Assembly (NCBI GenBank): GCA_963779415.1 | Contig: CAVZYA010000002.1 | Location: 832,001-896,000, forward strand | Source of the DNA: an uncultured Acidobacteriota bacterium | GTDB lineage: Bacteria > Acidobacteriota > Thermoanaerobaculia > UBA5066 | Length of the DNA: 64,000 bases | Direction: 5' to 3' | Shown here: piece by piece, positions 9,113 to 19,501 of the stretch | Position numbering within the stretch: position 1 is the first letter of the stretch | How the letters are laid out: every line of letters begins with the position of its first letter | Program-made: the position numbers and the translations under genes | Notes under the pieces: generated by a model | What the model saw: the letters and a program-made list of their open reading frames with translations, nothing else | Told to the model about the DNA's origin: nothing | The model's database searches: none

Positions 9113-11143
9113 TCAGTTCACGTCCGGCCAATTGCCCGGGGGTTTCTTGTCGGCGCAGTCCGATTCCGGCGTCCCCAGGCAACGCGCGCGGCGGACGCAT
9201 GCGGCCCAGGCCTCGTACTGGAGGTTCGGAAGAGCGTCGTCGAGGTCGCGGATGTCGTTCTTGAGCGAGTTGAACTCGGCCAGACTCGCGAGCGCCTCCT
9301 TGAAGGCCTCCACGCACGCGTCGGCGCTCAGTTTCGTCTCCGCGGAGACGAGGAACGCGCCCTGGCACTCCTCGAGGTCTTTCTCCATCTTGTCGGCGGA
9401 CCCTCCCGACATCAGCGTGGCCACCTTGTCCAGGACGGCCATCGTCTCGTTCCAGTTCTGCCACCCCTCCGGGCCGAGCGCCGACGTCGGGTCCTCGCCC
9501 GCGAGGATCTTCTCGACGATCTTCGCGACCTGCTGCATCCCCATCGGAGGGAGGAGCCCGTTCGCCTCGGCGTACTCGATGGCTTCTGCGACCTCGTGGG
9601 AGACCTCGGCTCCCTCCGCCTCCGGCGCCAGAAGGGAGATGATCGCCTTCGTCGCGAGGCTCTGGACCAGGCAGGCCTTGATGGTCTTCTTGTAGTCGTC
9701 GTAGTGCGCGCGCGCTTCCTTCATCTTCTCCTGGTACTCCCGGCCGGCCGTGTCCCGCTCCCGGACCTTCGCGTCCCGCTCGGCGCGGTTGGTCTTCAGC
9801 CGGCTGTCGGCTTCCAGCGTGGACGGGCAGGGTTCGCGGGGGGGCTCGGGCGGCGCGGACGGCGCGCCGCAGCCGCAGCAGACCTCCCACGTCATCTCCA
9901 CGCGCGGAAAGTCCGCGCCCCGTCGGGGGTCGGTGAAGACGGTGTGTCCGGCGAAGGGGATGACGGCGTAGCGGTCGGCCTCCCGGATGCAGGAGACGGA
10001 GTTCCCGGCGTCGGCGCACACCGTCGGCTGGACGCAGGTGACGAACGGGTTGAGCGCCGTGCACCGCGGGTCCCGGGGCCGGATGTCCCCGCCGGAGAGG
10101 CCGCCCGACCAGGTCGCCTTCAACTTTTCTCTTCCGCCCACGTCGGTGCACGTCAGCGGCGCGGTGACCGCATCGTGGATCTCCCGTGGCAGGACCGAGA
10201 AGTAGAGCTCGGGCTTCACGGGATAGAAGTGGAGGCCGCCCCGCGCCTGCGGATCCCTCCGGAAGCCCGTGGGCCCGGCTTTCCCGAACGTCACTGTTCC
10301 TGACTTGTGGCTCGCGGGCGCCTGACACGTCTCGCGATTGCCCGGCGTGTCCACGCAGCCGCCGGTGCTCACCTCCCAGGCGAGCTCCGTCGCGTCGAAG
10401 CCGGTCCAGAGGGTAGACGTCCAGGGTGACGTGGCCGGGACGGTCGCGACGAGCGGGAAGCGCAGGACCGTCCGGATCGTTCCCTGGCAGTCGTCGCCGC
10501 TGAAAGGATTGCTCACGTGGACGACCTCGATCCGCCCTCCGAGAGGCTTGTCGAAGGGGCAGGGCTTCACGCGGTCGTTCGGCGGGCGGGGGGGTCGCGG
10601 TCCGGAAGGCTCGCCCGGCGACGTCGCCGGCCCGCCGGATCCGGGACCGCGAGGCGGTTTCGGCGGTTGTGGAGGCTGGGTGCCGCCCTGCTCCCCTTCG
10701 CCGTCGTTCACGACGGGATGGCGGATCTCGCCGGCCACCGGAGTCGGCTCGGGAGCGGACGCGAGATGAATCCACGCGACCTTCTGCCGCGCGTACGAGC
10801 CCTTCGCGGTCTCGACCTCGTCGAGGCTCACCTCCACGAGATGCTCGCCGTGGACGCTGCCGTCTCGCAGATGCACTTCGTCCTGCGACGGGTCACCGAC
10901 GGACGGCGGCGAGGCGATCACCACGGCGAATCCGATCCAGGCGACCTGGGCCCGCGGCACGATGTTCGAGCCGATCCGACAGCTCGTCGAACAGGTCTTG
11001 AGCACGCCGCGATGGACCTGACCGTTGACCCGGATCACGACATCCGCCGGCCGCTGCGGGGCGCCGGCTTCGGCGGGTGCCGCCGCTCCGGCGGCGACTG
11101 CCAGGAAGGCGAGCACGCCGGCGAGTCGTCCCCCGAGACTCAT
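9113..11143 (-). CDS. Large secreted Cys-rich multidomain hypothetical protein
   Basis: Signal peptide, duplicated N-terminal module, Pro/Gly linker, about 20 Cys, helical C-terminus. Confidence 0.75.
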   Translation of the reverse strand: MSLGGRLAGVLAFLAVAAGAAAPAEAGAPQRPADVVIRVNGQVHRGVLKTCSTSCRIGSNIVPRAQVAWIGFAVVIASPPSVGDPSQDEVHLRDGSVHGEHLVEVSLDEVETAKGSYARQKVAWIHLASAPEPTPVAGEIRHPVVNDGEGEQGGTQPPQPPKPPRGPGSGGPATSPGEPSGPRPPRPPNDRVKPCPFDKPLGGRIEVVHVSNPFSGDDCQGTIRTVLRFPLVATVPATSPWTSTLWTGFDATELAWEVSTGGCVDTPGNRETCQAPASHKSGTVTFGKAGPTGFRRDPQARGGLHFYPVKPELYFSVLPREIHDAVTAPLTCTDVGGREKLKATWSGGLSGGDIRPRDPRCTALNPFVTCVQPTVCADAGNSVSCIREADRYAVIPFAGHTVFTDPRRGADFPRVEMTWEVCCGCGAPSAPPEPPREPCPSTLEADSRLKTNRAERDAKVRERDTAGREYQEKMKEARAHYDDYKKTIKACLVQSLATKAIISLLAPEAEGAEVSHEVAEAIEYAEANGLLPPMGMQQVAKIVEKILAGEDPTSALGPEGWQNWNETMAVLDKVATLMSGGSADKMEKDLEECQGAFLVSAETKLSADACVEAFKEALASLAEFNSLKNDIRDLDDALPNLQYEAWAACVRRARCLGTPESDCADKKPPGNWPDVN

Positions 11144-11255
11144 TCGCAAAAGCTATCGCCCGCGTCGTTCCGGATCAAGGGTTTTTCTCTGGCCCGTTCG
11201 CGACAGGCGATGGCCGCGACGTGCCAGACGTGCCCTCCGCCCTTAAGATCCTCCC

Positions 11256-12488
11256 GTGCGCGTTCCCCTTTTCCTCGCGCGACGCTTCCTCGGCGGCCGG
11301 CGCGGAGGGCTCCTCCGGACGGTCTCGGCTCTCGCGCTCTTCGGCGTCTCTCTCGGCGCGGCGGCCCTCGTCGTCGCGATGGGGCTGATGTCGGGCTACC
11401 GGCACGACCTCTCCGACAAGCTGGCCGGGACGAACGCCGAGGTTCTCGTGATGGTCGAGAGCGGCCGGGACCGCGCCGCCCTCGAGAAGAGCCTCGCCGC
11501 CCTTCCGGGGGTCGCCCGCGTCGCCGAGACGGGCTTCGCGTCGGGCATCCTTCTCTCGGCCGCGGCCCCGCGCGGGGCCGACGCGCTCGTGAAGGCGCTC
11601 GACCTTCCGGGGGGCACCGTCACGACCCCGCTCCTCTCGCGCGTGCCGGACCTGCCGGTGCTTCTCGGCGCGCCCCGCGCGGACGGGCGGACGCCCGTTC
11701 TTCTCGGCGCCGGTCTCGCGAAGCGCCTCGGGGTTACGGCGGGATCGCCGGTCGTCCTCGAGACGTCGTCGCTCGACCTCTCGAAGGGAATCTCGCCTCC
11801 GCGGCGGACGCTCCTTTCCGTCGCGGCCGTCGTGGAGACCGGGTTCTCGGAGGTCGACGACAACTGGGCCGTCGTCTCCCTCGCCGCCTTCTCGCGCCTG
11901 GCCCCCCCGGACGCGCGGACGGGGATCTGGGAGCTGAAGCTCCGGCACGTCTCGGACACCGACCGGACCGTCTCGGCGGCGCGCGCCGCGCTCGGCGAGA
12001 CGGTCACCGTCCTCGACTGGAAGGCGATGAACCGCGACCTCTTCGCGGCGCTCGCCATCCAGCAGACGCTCCTCTTCGTCGTTCTCGCCCTCATCGTCGC
12101 GGTGGCGGCGGGGACCGTCGTCTCCTCGCTCGTCGTCCTCCTCGCGGAGAAGACGCGCGACGTCGGCGTGCTTTCGGCCGTCGGGGCGACTCCGCGGATC
12201 ATTCAACGGACGTTCCGGCTGGCGGGTGCGCTCCTCGGCGGGGCGGGCCTCCTCCTCGGCATCGGTTTCGGCGTCCTCGTCTGCTTCGTCCTGACGACGT
12301 TCCGGCTCGTCCGCTTTCCTCCCGAGATCGCGAAGGTCTACTACCTCTCGTGGATGCCCTTCCGGCCGGAGCCCCTCCATCTCCTCGCGATCTTCGGCGT
12401 CGGGATGCTCCTCGTTCTCCTCGCCTCGGCCCTTCCGGCCCGCCGCGCCTCGCGGCTGAATCCTGCAGAGGCATTGAGGTATGAGTGA
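11256..12488 (+). CDS. LolC/E-family ABC transporter permease
   Basis: LFLARRFL..., GVSLGAAALVVAMGLMSG, VLDWKAMN, EKTRDVGVLSAVGA, PARRASRLNPAEALRYE. Confidence 0.85.
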   Translation: MRVPLFLARRFLGGRRGGLLRTVSALALFGVSLGAAALVVAMGLMSGYRHDLSDKLAGTNAEVLVMVESGRDRAALEKSLAALPGVARVAETGFASGILLSAAAPRGADALVKALDLPGGTVTTPLLSRVPDLPVLLGAPRADGRTPVLLGAGLAKRLGVTAGSPVVLETSSLDLSKGISPPRRTLLSVAAVVETGFSEVDDNWAVVSLAAFSRLAPPDARTGIWELKLRHVSDTDRTVSAARAALGETVTVLDWKAMNRDLFAALAIQQTLLFVVLALIVAVAAGTVVSSLVVLLAEKTRDVGVLSAVGATPRIIQRTFRLAGALLGGAGLLLGIGFGVLVCFVLTTFRLVRFPPEIAKVYYLSWMPFRPEPLHLLAIFGVGMLLVLLASALPARRASRLNPAEALRYE

Positions 12489-12572
12489 CCCGCGGTCACC
12501 CCACGCGGACCCGGGGGTCCGGGGGCGCGCGTAGCCAAGCTCCCGGCGAGCCATTGAGGTACGAGTAGCCCG
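12472..12572. repeat. Hairpin cassette copy 1 (12511-12551) between imperfect direct repeats of the lolE-like 3' end
   Basis: CATTGAGGTATGAGTGACCCG (12472) versus CATTGAGGTACGAGTAGCCCG (12552); core CCGGGGGTCCGGGGGCGCGCGTAGCCAAGCTCCCGGCGAGC. Confidence 0.8.
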
Positions 12573-12589
12573 GCGTAGACTTTCCGCGA

Positions 12590-13495
12590 ATGCACGCCGT
12601 CCGCTCGCCGGCGATCGACGAGGTCGCGCTCGAGGAGCGCGCCGCCTCGCTCGGGAAGAGGTCGATCAAGAAGGAGTCGAAGGTCGTCGGGATCCGGCTC
12701 GCCATCTCGATGTGCGACCTGACGACGCTGGAGGGAAGGGACTCGCCGGGCAGGATCCGGCAGCTCTGCGCCAAGGCGATCCGCCCCGATCCGGAGGACC
12801 CGTCGATCCCTTCCGTCGCCGCCGTCTGCGTCTATCCGGACCTCGTCGCCGAGGCGAAACGCGCCCTCGCGGGCTCGGACGTCAGGGTCGCCAGCGTCGC
12901 GACGGCGTTTCCGTCCGGGCGGTCGCCGCTTCCCGTCAAGCTCGCCGAAGTCCGCCGCGCCGTCGCGGCCGGGGCGGACGAGATCGACATGGTCATCGAC
13001 CGAGGCGCGTTCCTCGCAGGGGAATACGCCCGGGTCTTCGACGGGATCGTGGCGACGAAAGCCGCCTGCACCCGTCCCGACGGCTCCGCCGCGCACCTGA
13101 AGGTGATCCTCGAGACGGGGGAGCTGGAAACGTACGACAACGTCCGGCGCGCGTCGGACCTCGCCATCGCCGCGGGAGCCGACTTCATCAAGACGTCGAC
13201 GGGAAAGGTGCAGCCGGCCGCGACGCCCGCCGTGACGCTCTGCATGCTCGAGGCGATCCGCGACCACTGGCTCGGGACGGGCGTGAAGGTCGGAATGAAG
13301 CCGGCGGGCGGCATACGGACGAGCAAGCAGGCGCTCCACTACCTCGTCCTCGTGAAGGAGACGCTCGGGGCCGACTGGCTCAACGCCGACCTCTTCCGCT
13401 TCGGCGTCTCCAGCCTCCTCAACGACCTCCTGATGCAGCTGAGAAAAGAGAAGACGGGCCGTTATCAGACAGAGGAAGAATTCACGAAAGACTAA
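12590..13495 (+). CDS. deoC: Deoxyribose-phosphate aldolase
   Basis: DLTTLEG, VASVATAFPSG, DEIDMVI, LKVILETGEL, FIKTSTGK, KPAGGIRT, RFGVSSLL. Confidence 0.93.
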   Translation: MHAVRSPAIDEVALEERAASLGKRSIKKESKVVGIRLAISMCDLTTLEGRDSPGRIRQLCAKAIRPDPEDPSIPSVAAVCVYPDLVAEAKRALAGSDVRVASVATAFPSGRSPLPVKLAEVRRAVAAGADEIDMVIDRGAFLAGEYARVFDGIVATKAACTRPDGSAAHLKVILETGELETYDNVRRASDLAIAAGADFIKTSTGKVQPAATPAVTLCMLEAIRDHWLGTGVKVGMKPAGGIRTSKQALHYLVLVKETLGADWLNADLFRFGVSSLLNDLLMQLRKEKTGRYQTEEEFTKD

Positions 13496-13506
13496 GAGGC
13501 TGGAAA

Positions 13507-15027
13507 GTGAAAGAGAGACGTATTTCTCGAACGCCGGCTGCAACTGCAGCCGCCGCATATAAGAAAAAAGGTCCTTCTCCGGACTTCGACGGCGTTTGGG
13601 ATTACGCGCCCGCTCCGGAATCAACCTCGCATTTCGCGATCTCGCCGCGTTACGGCCTCTTCATCGGCGGAAGATTCGTCACGCCGAAGGCGGGGAGGTG
13701 GTTCGACACGATCAACCCGGCCACGGAGGAAAAGCTCGCCGAGGTGGCCGAAGCGGGGGAGGCCGACGTCGACGCCGCCGTCCGGGCGGCCGAGCGGGCG
13801 TACGAGAAGGTCTGGCGGCGGATGCCGGGGAAGGAGCGCGGGAAATACGTCTACCGCCTCGCCCGGATGTTGCAGGAGAAGGCCCGCGAGTTCGCCGTCC
13901 TCGAGACGAGGAACGGCGGCAAGCCGATTCGGGAGTCGCGCGATCTCGACGTCCCGCTCGCGGCGGCCCACTTCTTCTACTACGCCGGCTGGGCCGACAA
14001 GCTCGACCACGCCTTCTCCGGCCGGCGGGCGCGGCCGCTCGGCGTCTGCGGGCAGGTGATCCCGTGGAACTTCCCGCTCCTGATGGCGTCGTGGAAGCTG
14101 GCGCCGGCGCTCGCGGCCGGGAACACCTGCGTCCTGAAGCCGGCCGAGACGACGCCGCTTACGGCCCTCCATCTCGCCCGCCTCGTCGAGGAGGCCGGCT
14201 TGCCGCCGGGGGTCGTGAACGTCGTCACGGGGGGCGGCGCGACGGGGGCGGCGCTCGTTTCGCACCCGAAAGTCCGGAAGGTCGCCTTCACCGGCTCGAC
14301 GGAGGTGGGAAAGAAGATCCAGCGCGCCCTCGCCGGGACCGGAAAAAGGCTGACGCTCGAGCTGGGGGGTAAGGCGGCCAACATCGTCTTCGCGGATGCC
14401 GCGATCGACCAGGCGGTCGAAGGGATCGTGAACGGCATCTACTTCAACCAGGGACACGTCTGCTGCGCCGGGTCGCGCCTTCTCGTCGAGGAGTCCGTGC
14501 ACGACCTCGTCGTGAAGAAGCTCGCCCACAGGATCCGGACGCTTCGCCTCGGCGATCCGCTCGACAAGAACACCGACGTCGGGGCCATCAACTCGAAGGC
14601 GCAGCTCGAAAAGATCCGCGAGCTGGTCGACTCCGGCATCGCCGACGGCGCGATCCTGACGCAGGCCCCCTGCCGGATTCCCGCGAAGGGGTTCTGGTTC
14701 CCTCCTTCCTTCTTCACGAACGTGGCGCAGAGCTTCCGGATCGCGAGCGAGGAGATCTTCGGCCCCGTTCTCGCGATCCAGACGTTCCGGACGCCCGAGG
14801 AGGCGGTCGAGAAGGCGAACAACACGATGTACGGCCTCTCGGCCGGCGTCTGGACCGAAAAGGGGTCGAAGATCTTCAAGGTGTCGCAGAAGCTCCGCGC
14901 CGGCGTCGTCTGGGCGAACACCTACAACAAGTTCGACCCGACCTCTCCCTTCGGCGGCTACAAGGAGTCGGGCTTCGGAAGAGAAGGGGGCCGTCATGGT
15001 CTCTGTGCTTACCTTGAAGCCGTCTGA
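13507..15027 (+). CDS. Aldehyde dehydrogenase, catalytic chain
   Basis: PWNFP, LKPAETTP, FTGSTEVG, LELGGK, catalytic GHVCCAGS, EEIFGP, FGGYKESG; start approximate. Confidence 0.92.
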   Translation: MKERRISRTPAATAAAAYKKKGPSPDFDGVWDYAPAPESTSHFAISPRYGLFIGGRFVTPKAGRWFDTINPATEEKLAEVAEAGEADVDAAVRAAERAYEKVWRRMPGKERGKYVYRLARMLQEKAREFAVLETRNGGKPIRESRDLDVPLAAAHFFYYAGWADKLDHAFSGRRARPLGVCGQVIPWNFPLLMASWKLAPALAAGNTCVLKPAETTPLTALHLARLVEEAGLPPGVVNVVTGGGATGAALVSHPKVRKVAFTGSTEVGKKIQRALAGTGKRLTLELGGKAANIVFADAAIDQAVEGIVNGIYFNQGHVCCAGSRLLVEESVHDLVVKKLAHRIRTLRLGDPLDKNTDVGAINSKAQLEKIRELVDSGIADGAILTQAPCRIPAKGFWFPPSFFTNVAQSFRIASEEIFGPVLAIQTFRTPEEAVEKANNTMYGLSAGVWTEKGSKIFKVSQKLRAGVVWANTYNKFDPTSPFGGYKESGFGREGGRHGLCAYLEAV

Positions 15028-15084
15028 CCGTTCTGGAGCATCGGCACCATAGGCGCGCCGGCCGCGAGGAGCGAGATTTACGGC

Positions 15085-17508
15085 ATGGTCGAAGCCCTGC
15101 CGCCCGAACGCCTCCGGAACTCGTGCGACGCCTCGCGGTTCGACTTCGTGACAACGGCGGATCTCGGCGGGGACGCGGGTGTCCCCGGGCAGGGGAGGGC
15201 CGAGGATGCGATCCGGTTCGCGATCGGCATCGGGAGCGAAGGCTTCAACGTCTACGCGATGGGGCCGGCAGGTCTCGGGAAGCACGAGATCGTCCGCCGC
15301 CTCCTCGACGAGAGCGCGAGGACGAAGGAGACGCCGTCCGACTGGTGCTACGTTCACGACTTCCAGAGCGGGCAGAAGCCGAGGGCGCTGAAGCTCCCGG
15401 CCGGCCGCGCCGCGGCGTTCGCCCGCGCGATGGATCACTTCGTCGAGGTACTCCGGGGAGCCATTCCGGCCGCGTTCGAGACCCACGAGTACCGCGCCCG
15501 CCGGCACGAGATCGACGCCGAGTTTCAGGAGCGACAGGAACAGGCCTTCGACGAGCTGCGCGGGAGGGCCCGGACGCGCGGCCTCGATCTCGTCCGGATG
15601 CCGATGGGGATGGCGCTCGCGCCGTTCCGGGACGGCGAGGTGATGGACCCGGCCGTCTTCGCCAAGCTTCCCGAGGAGGAGCAGAAGCAGATCGGCGCGG
15701 CGATGTCGGAGCTCCAGGGGGAGCTGGAAAGAATCATCCAGGAGATCCCGCGCCTCCGGCGCGAGGCGGGGACGAAAGTCCGCGAGTTGAACCGCGTCTT
15801 GATCCGGACGGCGGTCCACGACCGCTTCCTCGAGGTGAGGAAGATGGTCGAGGACGTGCCGGCCGTGCAGGCGTACCTCGACGCGGTCAGCGAGGACGTG
15901 CTCACCCACGCGGAGGGCTTCCTCCCGGAGAAGGGGGGCGATCCGGCGACGCTGCGAGGCGTCCCGGCGCCGGAGCCCGACGGCAAGGAAACGGCCCTTC
16001 GCCGCTATCGGGTCAACGTCCTCGTGGACAACGCCGCGACGAAGGGAGCGCCCGTGGTCGCGCTCGACCACGCGACCTTCCCGAACCTGATCGGGCGAAT
16101 CGAGTACCTCTCCCAGATGGGGAACCTGGTCGCGGACTTCACGCTGATCCGCCCCGGCGCGCTTCACCGCGCGAACGGCGGCTATCTCCTCCTCGACGCG
16201 CTCGACGTCCTCTCGCAGCCTCTCTCGTGGGGGGGCCTGAAGCGGGCGTTGCGCGCCGGATCCATCTGCGTGGAGCTGCCGGGGCAGTCCCTGGGCCTCA
16301 TGACGGCCAGCTCTCTCGAGCCCGAGCCGATCCCGCTCGACGTCAAGGTCGTCGTTCTCGGAGACCGGACCCTTTACTACCTCCTCCACGAATACGACCC
16401 GGAGTTCGCCGGGCTCTTCAAGGTCGCGGCCGACTTCGAGGAGGACGCCCCCCGCGACGACGAGGGCGTCCGTGCCTTCGCGCGTCTCGTGGCCGCGTTC
16501 ACCCGGATGGAGAATCTCCTGCCGCTTCGGCGCGACGCCGTCGCCCGGCTCGTCGAGCACGCGTCACGGAAGGCGGAGGACGGCGAGAAGCTCTCGCTGA
16601 AACTGCGGGACCTCGACGACCTTCTGCGCGAAGCGGACTGTCTCGCGAGAAAGGAGGGCTCGACGTCGATGACCGCGGCCGACGTCGAGCGGGCGCTCGA
16701 GGGGCGAGAGCGTCGCGCCGACCGGATCCGGAAGCGGATCCTCGACGAGATGATGCGGGGAACGCTTCTCATCGACACCGCCAGCGCGACGGTGGGGCAG
16801 GTGAACGCCCTGTCGGTCCTCCAGGTCGGCGGAACCGCCTTCGGCCATCCCTCGCGAGTGACGGCCCGCGTGCGGCTCGGGAGCGGCAAGGTCGTCGACA
16901 TCCTCCGGGAGGTGGAGATGGGCGGCCCGAACCACACCAAGGGCGTCCTGATCCTCGGAGGCTTTCTCGCGGGACGTTTCTTGCCGGACCTCCCTCTGTC
17001 GCTCTCGGCCAGCCTCGTCCTCGAGCAGAACTACGGCGGCGTCGAGGGGGACAGCGCCTCGTCGGCCGAGCTCTATTCGCTCCTTTCCGCCCTCGCCGAC
17101 GTCCCGATCCGGCAGTCCTTCGCCGTCACCGGCTCCGTAAACCAGCGCGGCGAGGTGCAGGCGATCGGCGGCGTCAACGAGAAGATCGAAGGCTTCTTCG
17201 ACCTCTGCGCCCGCCGGGGGCTGACGGGAGAACAGGGTGTCCTGATCCCGAAATCGAACGTTCCCCACCTGATGCTCCGGAAGGATGTCGTGGCCGCGGC
17301 CGAGGCGGGACGTTTCCGGGTCTTTCCCGTCGAGACGATCAACGAAGGGATCGAGCTTCTCACCGGGCTCCCCGCCGGGGAACGCGGGCCCGATGGCCGG
17401 TTCCCGGAGACGAGCGTCAATGGACGGGTCGAGGCGCGGCTCCTCGCCTTCGCGAAGGCGGCGCGCGCCTCCGCCAGGCCGGAGGAGAACGCGAAGGAGG
17501 GAACGTGA
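15085..17508 (+). CDS. Lon-like (S16, LonC/AAA_32-type) protease
   Basis: GPAGLGK, PGALHRANGGYL, LEPEPIPLDVKV, catalytic GDSASSA and IGGVNEKIEGF. Confidence 0.9.
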   Translation: MVEALPPERLRNSCDASRFDFVTTADLGGDAGVPGQGRAEDAIRFAIGIGSEGFNVYAMGPAGLGKHEIVRRLLDESARTKETPSDWCYVHDFQSGQKPRALKLPAGRAAAFARAMDHFVEVLRGAIPAAFETHEYRARRHEIDAEFQERQEQAFDELRGRARTRGLDLVRMPMGMALAPFRDGEVMDPAVFAKLPEEEQKQIGAAMSELQGELERIIQEIPRLRREAGTKVRELNRVLIRTAVHDRFLEVRKMVEDVPAVQAYLDAVSEDVLTHAEGFLPEKGGDPATLRGVPAPEPDGKETALRRYRVNVLVDNAATKGAPVVALDHATFPNLIGRIEYLSQMGNLVADFTLIRPGALHRANGGYLLLDALDVLSQPLSWGGLKRALRAGSICVELPGQSLGLMTASSLEPEPIPLDVKVVVLGDRTLYYLLHEYDPEFAGLFKVAADFEEDAPRDDEGVRAFARLVAAFTRMENLLPLRRDAVARLVEHASRKAEDGEKLSLKLRDLDDLLREADCLARKEGSTSMTAADVERALEGRERRADRIRKRILDEMMRGTLLIDTASATVGQVNALSVLQVGGTAFGHPSRVTARVRLGSGKVVDILREVEMGGPNHTKGVLILGGFLAGRFLPDLPLSLSASLVLEQNYGGVEGDSASSAELYSLLSALADVPIRQSFAVTGSVNQRGEVQAIGGVNEKIEGFFDLCARRGLTGEQGVLIPKSNVPHLMLRKDVVAAAEAGRFRVFPVETINEGIELLTGLPAGERGPDGRFPETSVNGRVEARLLAFAKAARASARPEENAKEGT

Positions 17509-18338
17509 GGATCCGCCGCATCCTCGTTGCGCTCGACGGCTCCCCCGAGAGCCGTTCGACCCTGGCGGCGGCGGCGAGGCTCGGAATGGCGGCCGGTGCC
17601 GAGCTTTCCGGACTCTTCGTCGAGGATGTCGAGCTCCTCCGTCTCGCCGGCCTGCCGTTCGCCCGCGAAACCGGCGTGTCGTCGGGGGTCTTCCGGCGGC
17701 TCGACACGGCCGACGTCGAACGGAGATTCCGCATCGGGGCGGAGAGGGCGGAGGCGACGCTTCGCGAGGCCACCGCAACCGCGGGGCTTCGATCGTCGTT
17801 CCGCGTGGCCCGCGGACGGGTCGTTCCGGAGCTTCTGGCCGCGGCCCGGGAGGCGGACGTCGTCGCGACGGGAAAGAGAAGCGGCTACGGGCCCGCCGGG
17901 CGCCGGCTGGGTACGACGGCCCGCAGCCTCATCGCGCATCTCGAGGCCCCGGTCCTCGTGGGCGGCATGGAAGGCTCTTCCGAGGGGCCCGTGGTCGTCA
18001 TCTGCGCGATACCCGACGTGCCGGAGGAGGCTCTCGGGTTCGTGGCGCTCCTGGCGCGTGCCTTCGGAGCCCCGGAGGTGGTCGTCATCGCGGGCGAGCG
18101 CGGGGCCGGACCGAGCCGCGCGGAACCGGAGGGCCTTCGCATCCGTCGCCGCAGCTTTCCGTCGATCCCGTCCGGAGACGTGAAGGCGCTTCCGGAGATT
18201 GCGCTCGCCAGCACGGTCGTCCTCGTCCGTCCCGAGGGGACGGCCGGCCACGAGCTTCTCGTCGCGCTCGCGGAGACCGTCACCTGTCCGGTCTTCGTCA
18301 TCGCGCCTCACGGCTTCGCCGAGCTTCTTTCGGCCTAG
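17505..18338 (+). CDS. Universal stress protein-like
   Basis: IRRILVALDGSPES, LSGLFVED, LGTTARSLI; GTGA overlap with the Lon gene. Confidence 0.8.
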   Translation: MRIRRILVALDGSPESRSTLAAAARLGMAAGAELSGLFVEDVELLRLAGLPFARETGVSSGVFRRLDTADVERRFRIGAERAEATLREATATAGLRSSFRVARGRVVPELLAAAREADVVATGKRSGYGPAGRRLGTTARSLIAHLEAPVLVGGMEGSSEGPVVVICAIPDVPEEALGFVALLARAFGAPEVVVIAGERGAGPSRAEPEGLRIRRRSFPSIPSGDVKALPEIALASTVVLVRPEGTAGHELLVALAETVTCPVFVIAPHGFAELLSA

Positions 18339-18348
18339 GAACTCCGCC

Positions 18349-19491
18349 ATGAAAGACAGGCCCGACGTCTACCGGAAGCTCCAGGAGCACATCGACCGGA
18401 TGCCCGTCGGCTTTCCGGCGACGAAGAGCGGCGTCGAGATCCGTTTCCTGAAGCGGCTCTTCACCGAAGAAGAGGCCGAAGCCGCGCTCCTTCTCTCCGC
18501 CCTTCCAGAGCCCCTGGAGAAGATCTTCGCGCGCGCGCCAAAAGGGCGGTGGACGCGCGAGACGTTCGAGGCGCTCCTCGACGGGCTCGCGGAGAAGGGC
18601 GCCATCATGGGCGGGCGCTCCAGAGTCCCGCACGGCGGGACGAAGCGGTACAGCAAGGCGATGCTGGCCCTCGGCATGTACGAGATGCAGGTCGACCGGC
18701 TCACCGCCGAAATGCAGCGCGATCTGGAGCAGTACACCGCCGAGGGATTCGCGGGCGCCTTTCTCGGGCCGAGGACGAAGCAGATGCGAACGGTCCCCGT
18801 CGACGTCCGGATCGTTCCCGAGCGCCGGGTGGGCCGGTACGACGACGCGCGCCGGCTGATCGGGGAAAGCCCGGGCCCCTGGGCCGTCATCAACTGTGTC
18901 TGCCGGCAGGGGAAGGACCTCGTCGGCGAGCCTTGCCGCCAGACCGACGTCCGGAGGACCTGTCTCCTGATGAAGGGGATGGCCAGATACGCCCTCGAGA
19001 CGGGAGTCGGAGAGGCCCTGACGGCGGATCGGGTGCTCGAGCTCGTCGACCGGGCCGAGCGGGAGGGGATGGTCCTCCAGCCCGAGAACGCGCAGGACCC
19101 GCTCTTCGTCTGCTTCTGCTGCGGCTGCTGCTGCGGCGTCCTCCGGATGGCGAAGCAGTTCCCGAAGCCGGCCGAGGCGGTCGACTCCAACTTCCGGGTC
19201 GAGGTGGACGCCGGACTCTGCTCCGACTGCGAGACGTGCCGCCCGCGCTGCCCGATGGAGGCCCTGCAGACGGTGGACGGCAAGACGGCCGTCGACCGGG
19301 ACCGTTGCATCGGCTGTGGCGCCTGCATCACGACCTGTCCGTCGGACGCCCTCCGTCTCGTGGAGAAAGAGCGGCCGCACGTCCCGCCGAGGGACCAGTC
19401 CGCGCTCTACCGGAAGATCCTCGTCGAGCGGTACGGCGTTCTCGGGACGGCGGGGATGCTCGGAAAAGCGCTCCTCGGACGGAAGGTCTGA
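18349..19491 (+). CDS. 4Fe-4S dicluster protein
   Basis: CVCRQ, CFCCGCCCG, CSDCETCRPRCP, CIGCGACITTCP. Confidence 0.85.
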   Translation: MKDRPDVYRKLQEHIDRMPVGFPATKSGVEIRFLKRLFTEEEAEAALLLSALPEPLEKIFARAPKGRWTRETFEALLDGLAEKGAIMGGRSRVPHGGTKRYSKAMLALGMYEMQVDRLTAEMQRDLEQYTAEGFAGAFLGPRTKQMRTVPVDVRIVPERRVGRYDDARRLIGESPGPWAVINCVCRQGKDLVGEPCRQTDVRRTCLLMKGMARYALETGVGEALTADRVLELVDRAEREGMVLQPENAQDPLFVCFCCGCCCGVLRMAKQFPKPAEAVDSNFRVEVDAGLCSDCETCRPRCPMEALQTVDGKTAVDRDRCIGCGACITTCPSDALRLVEKERPHVPPRDQSALYRKILVERYGVLGTAGMLGKALLGRKV

Positions 19492-19501
19492 CCGGCGCCC
19501 T

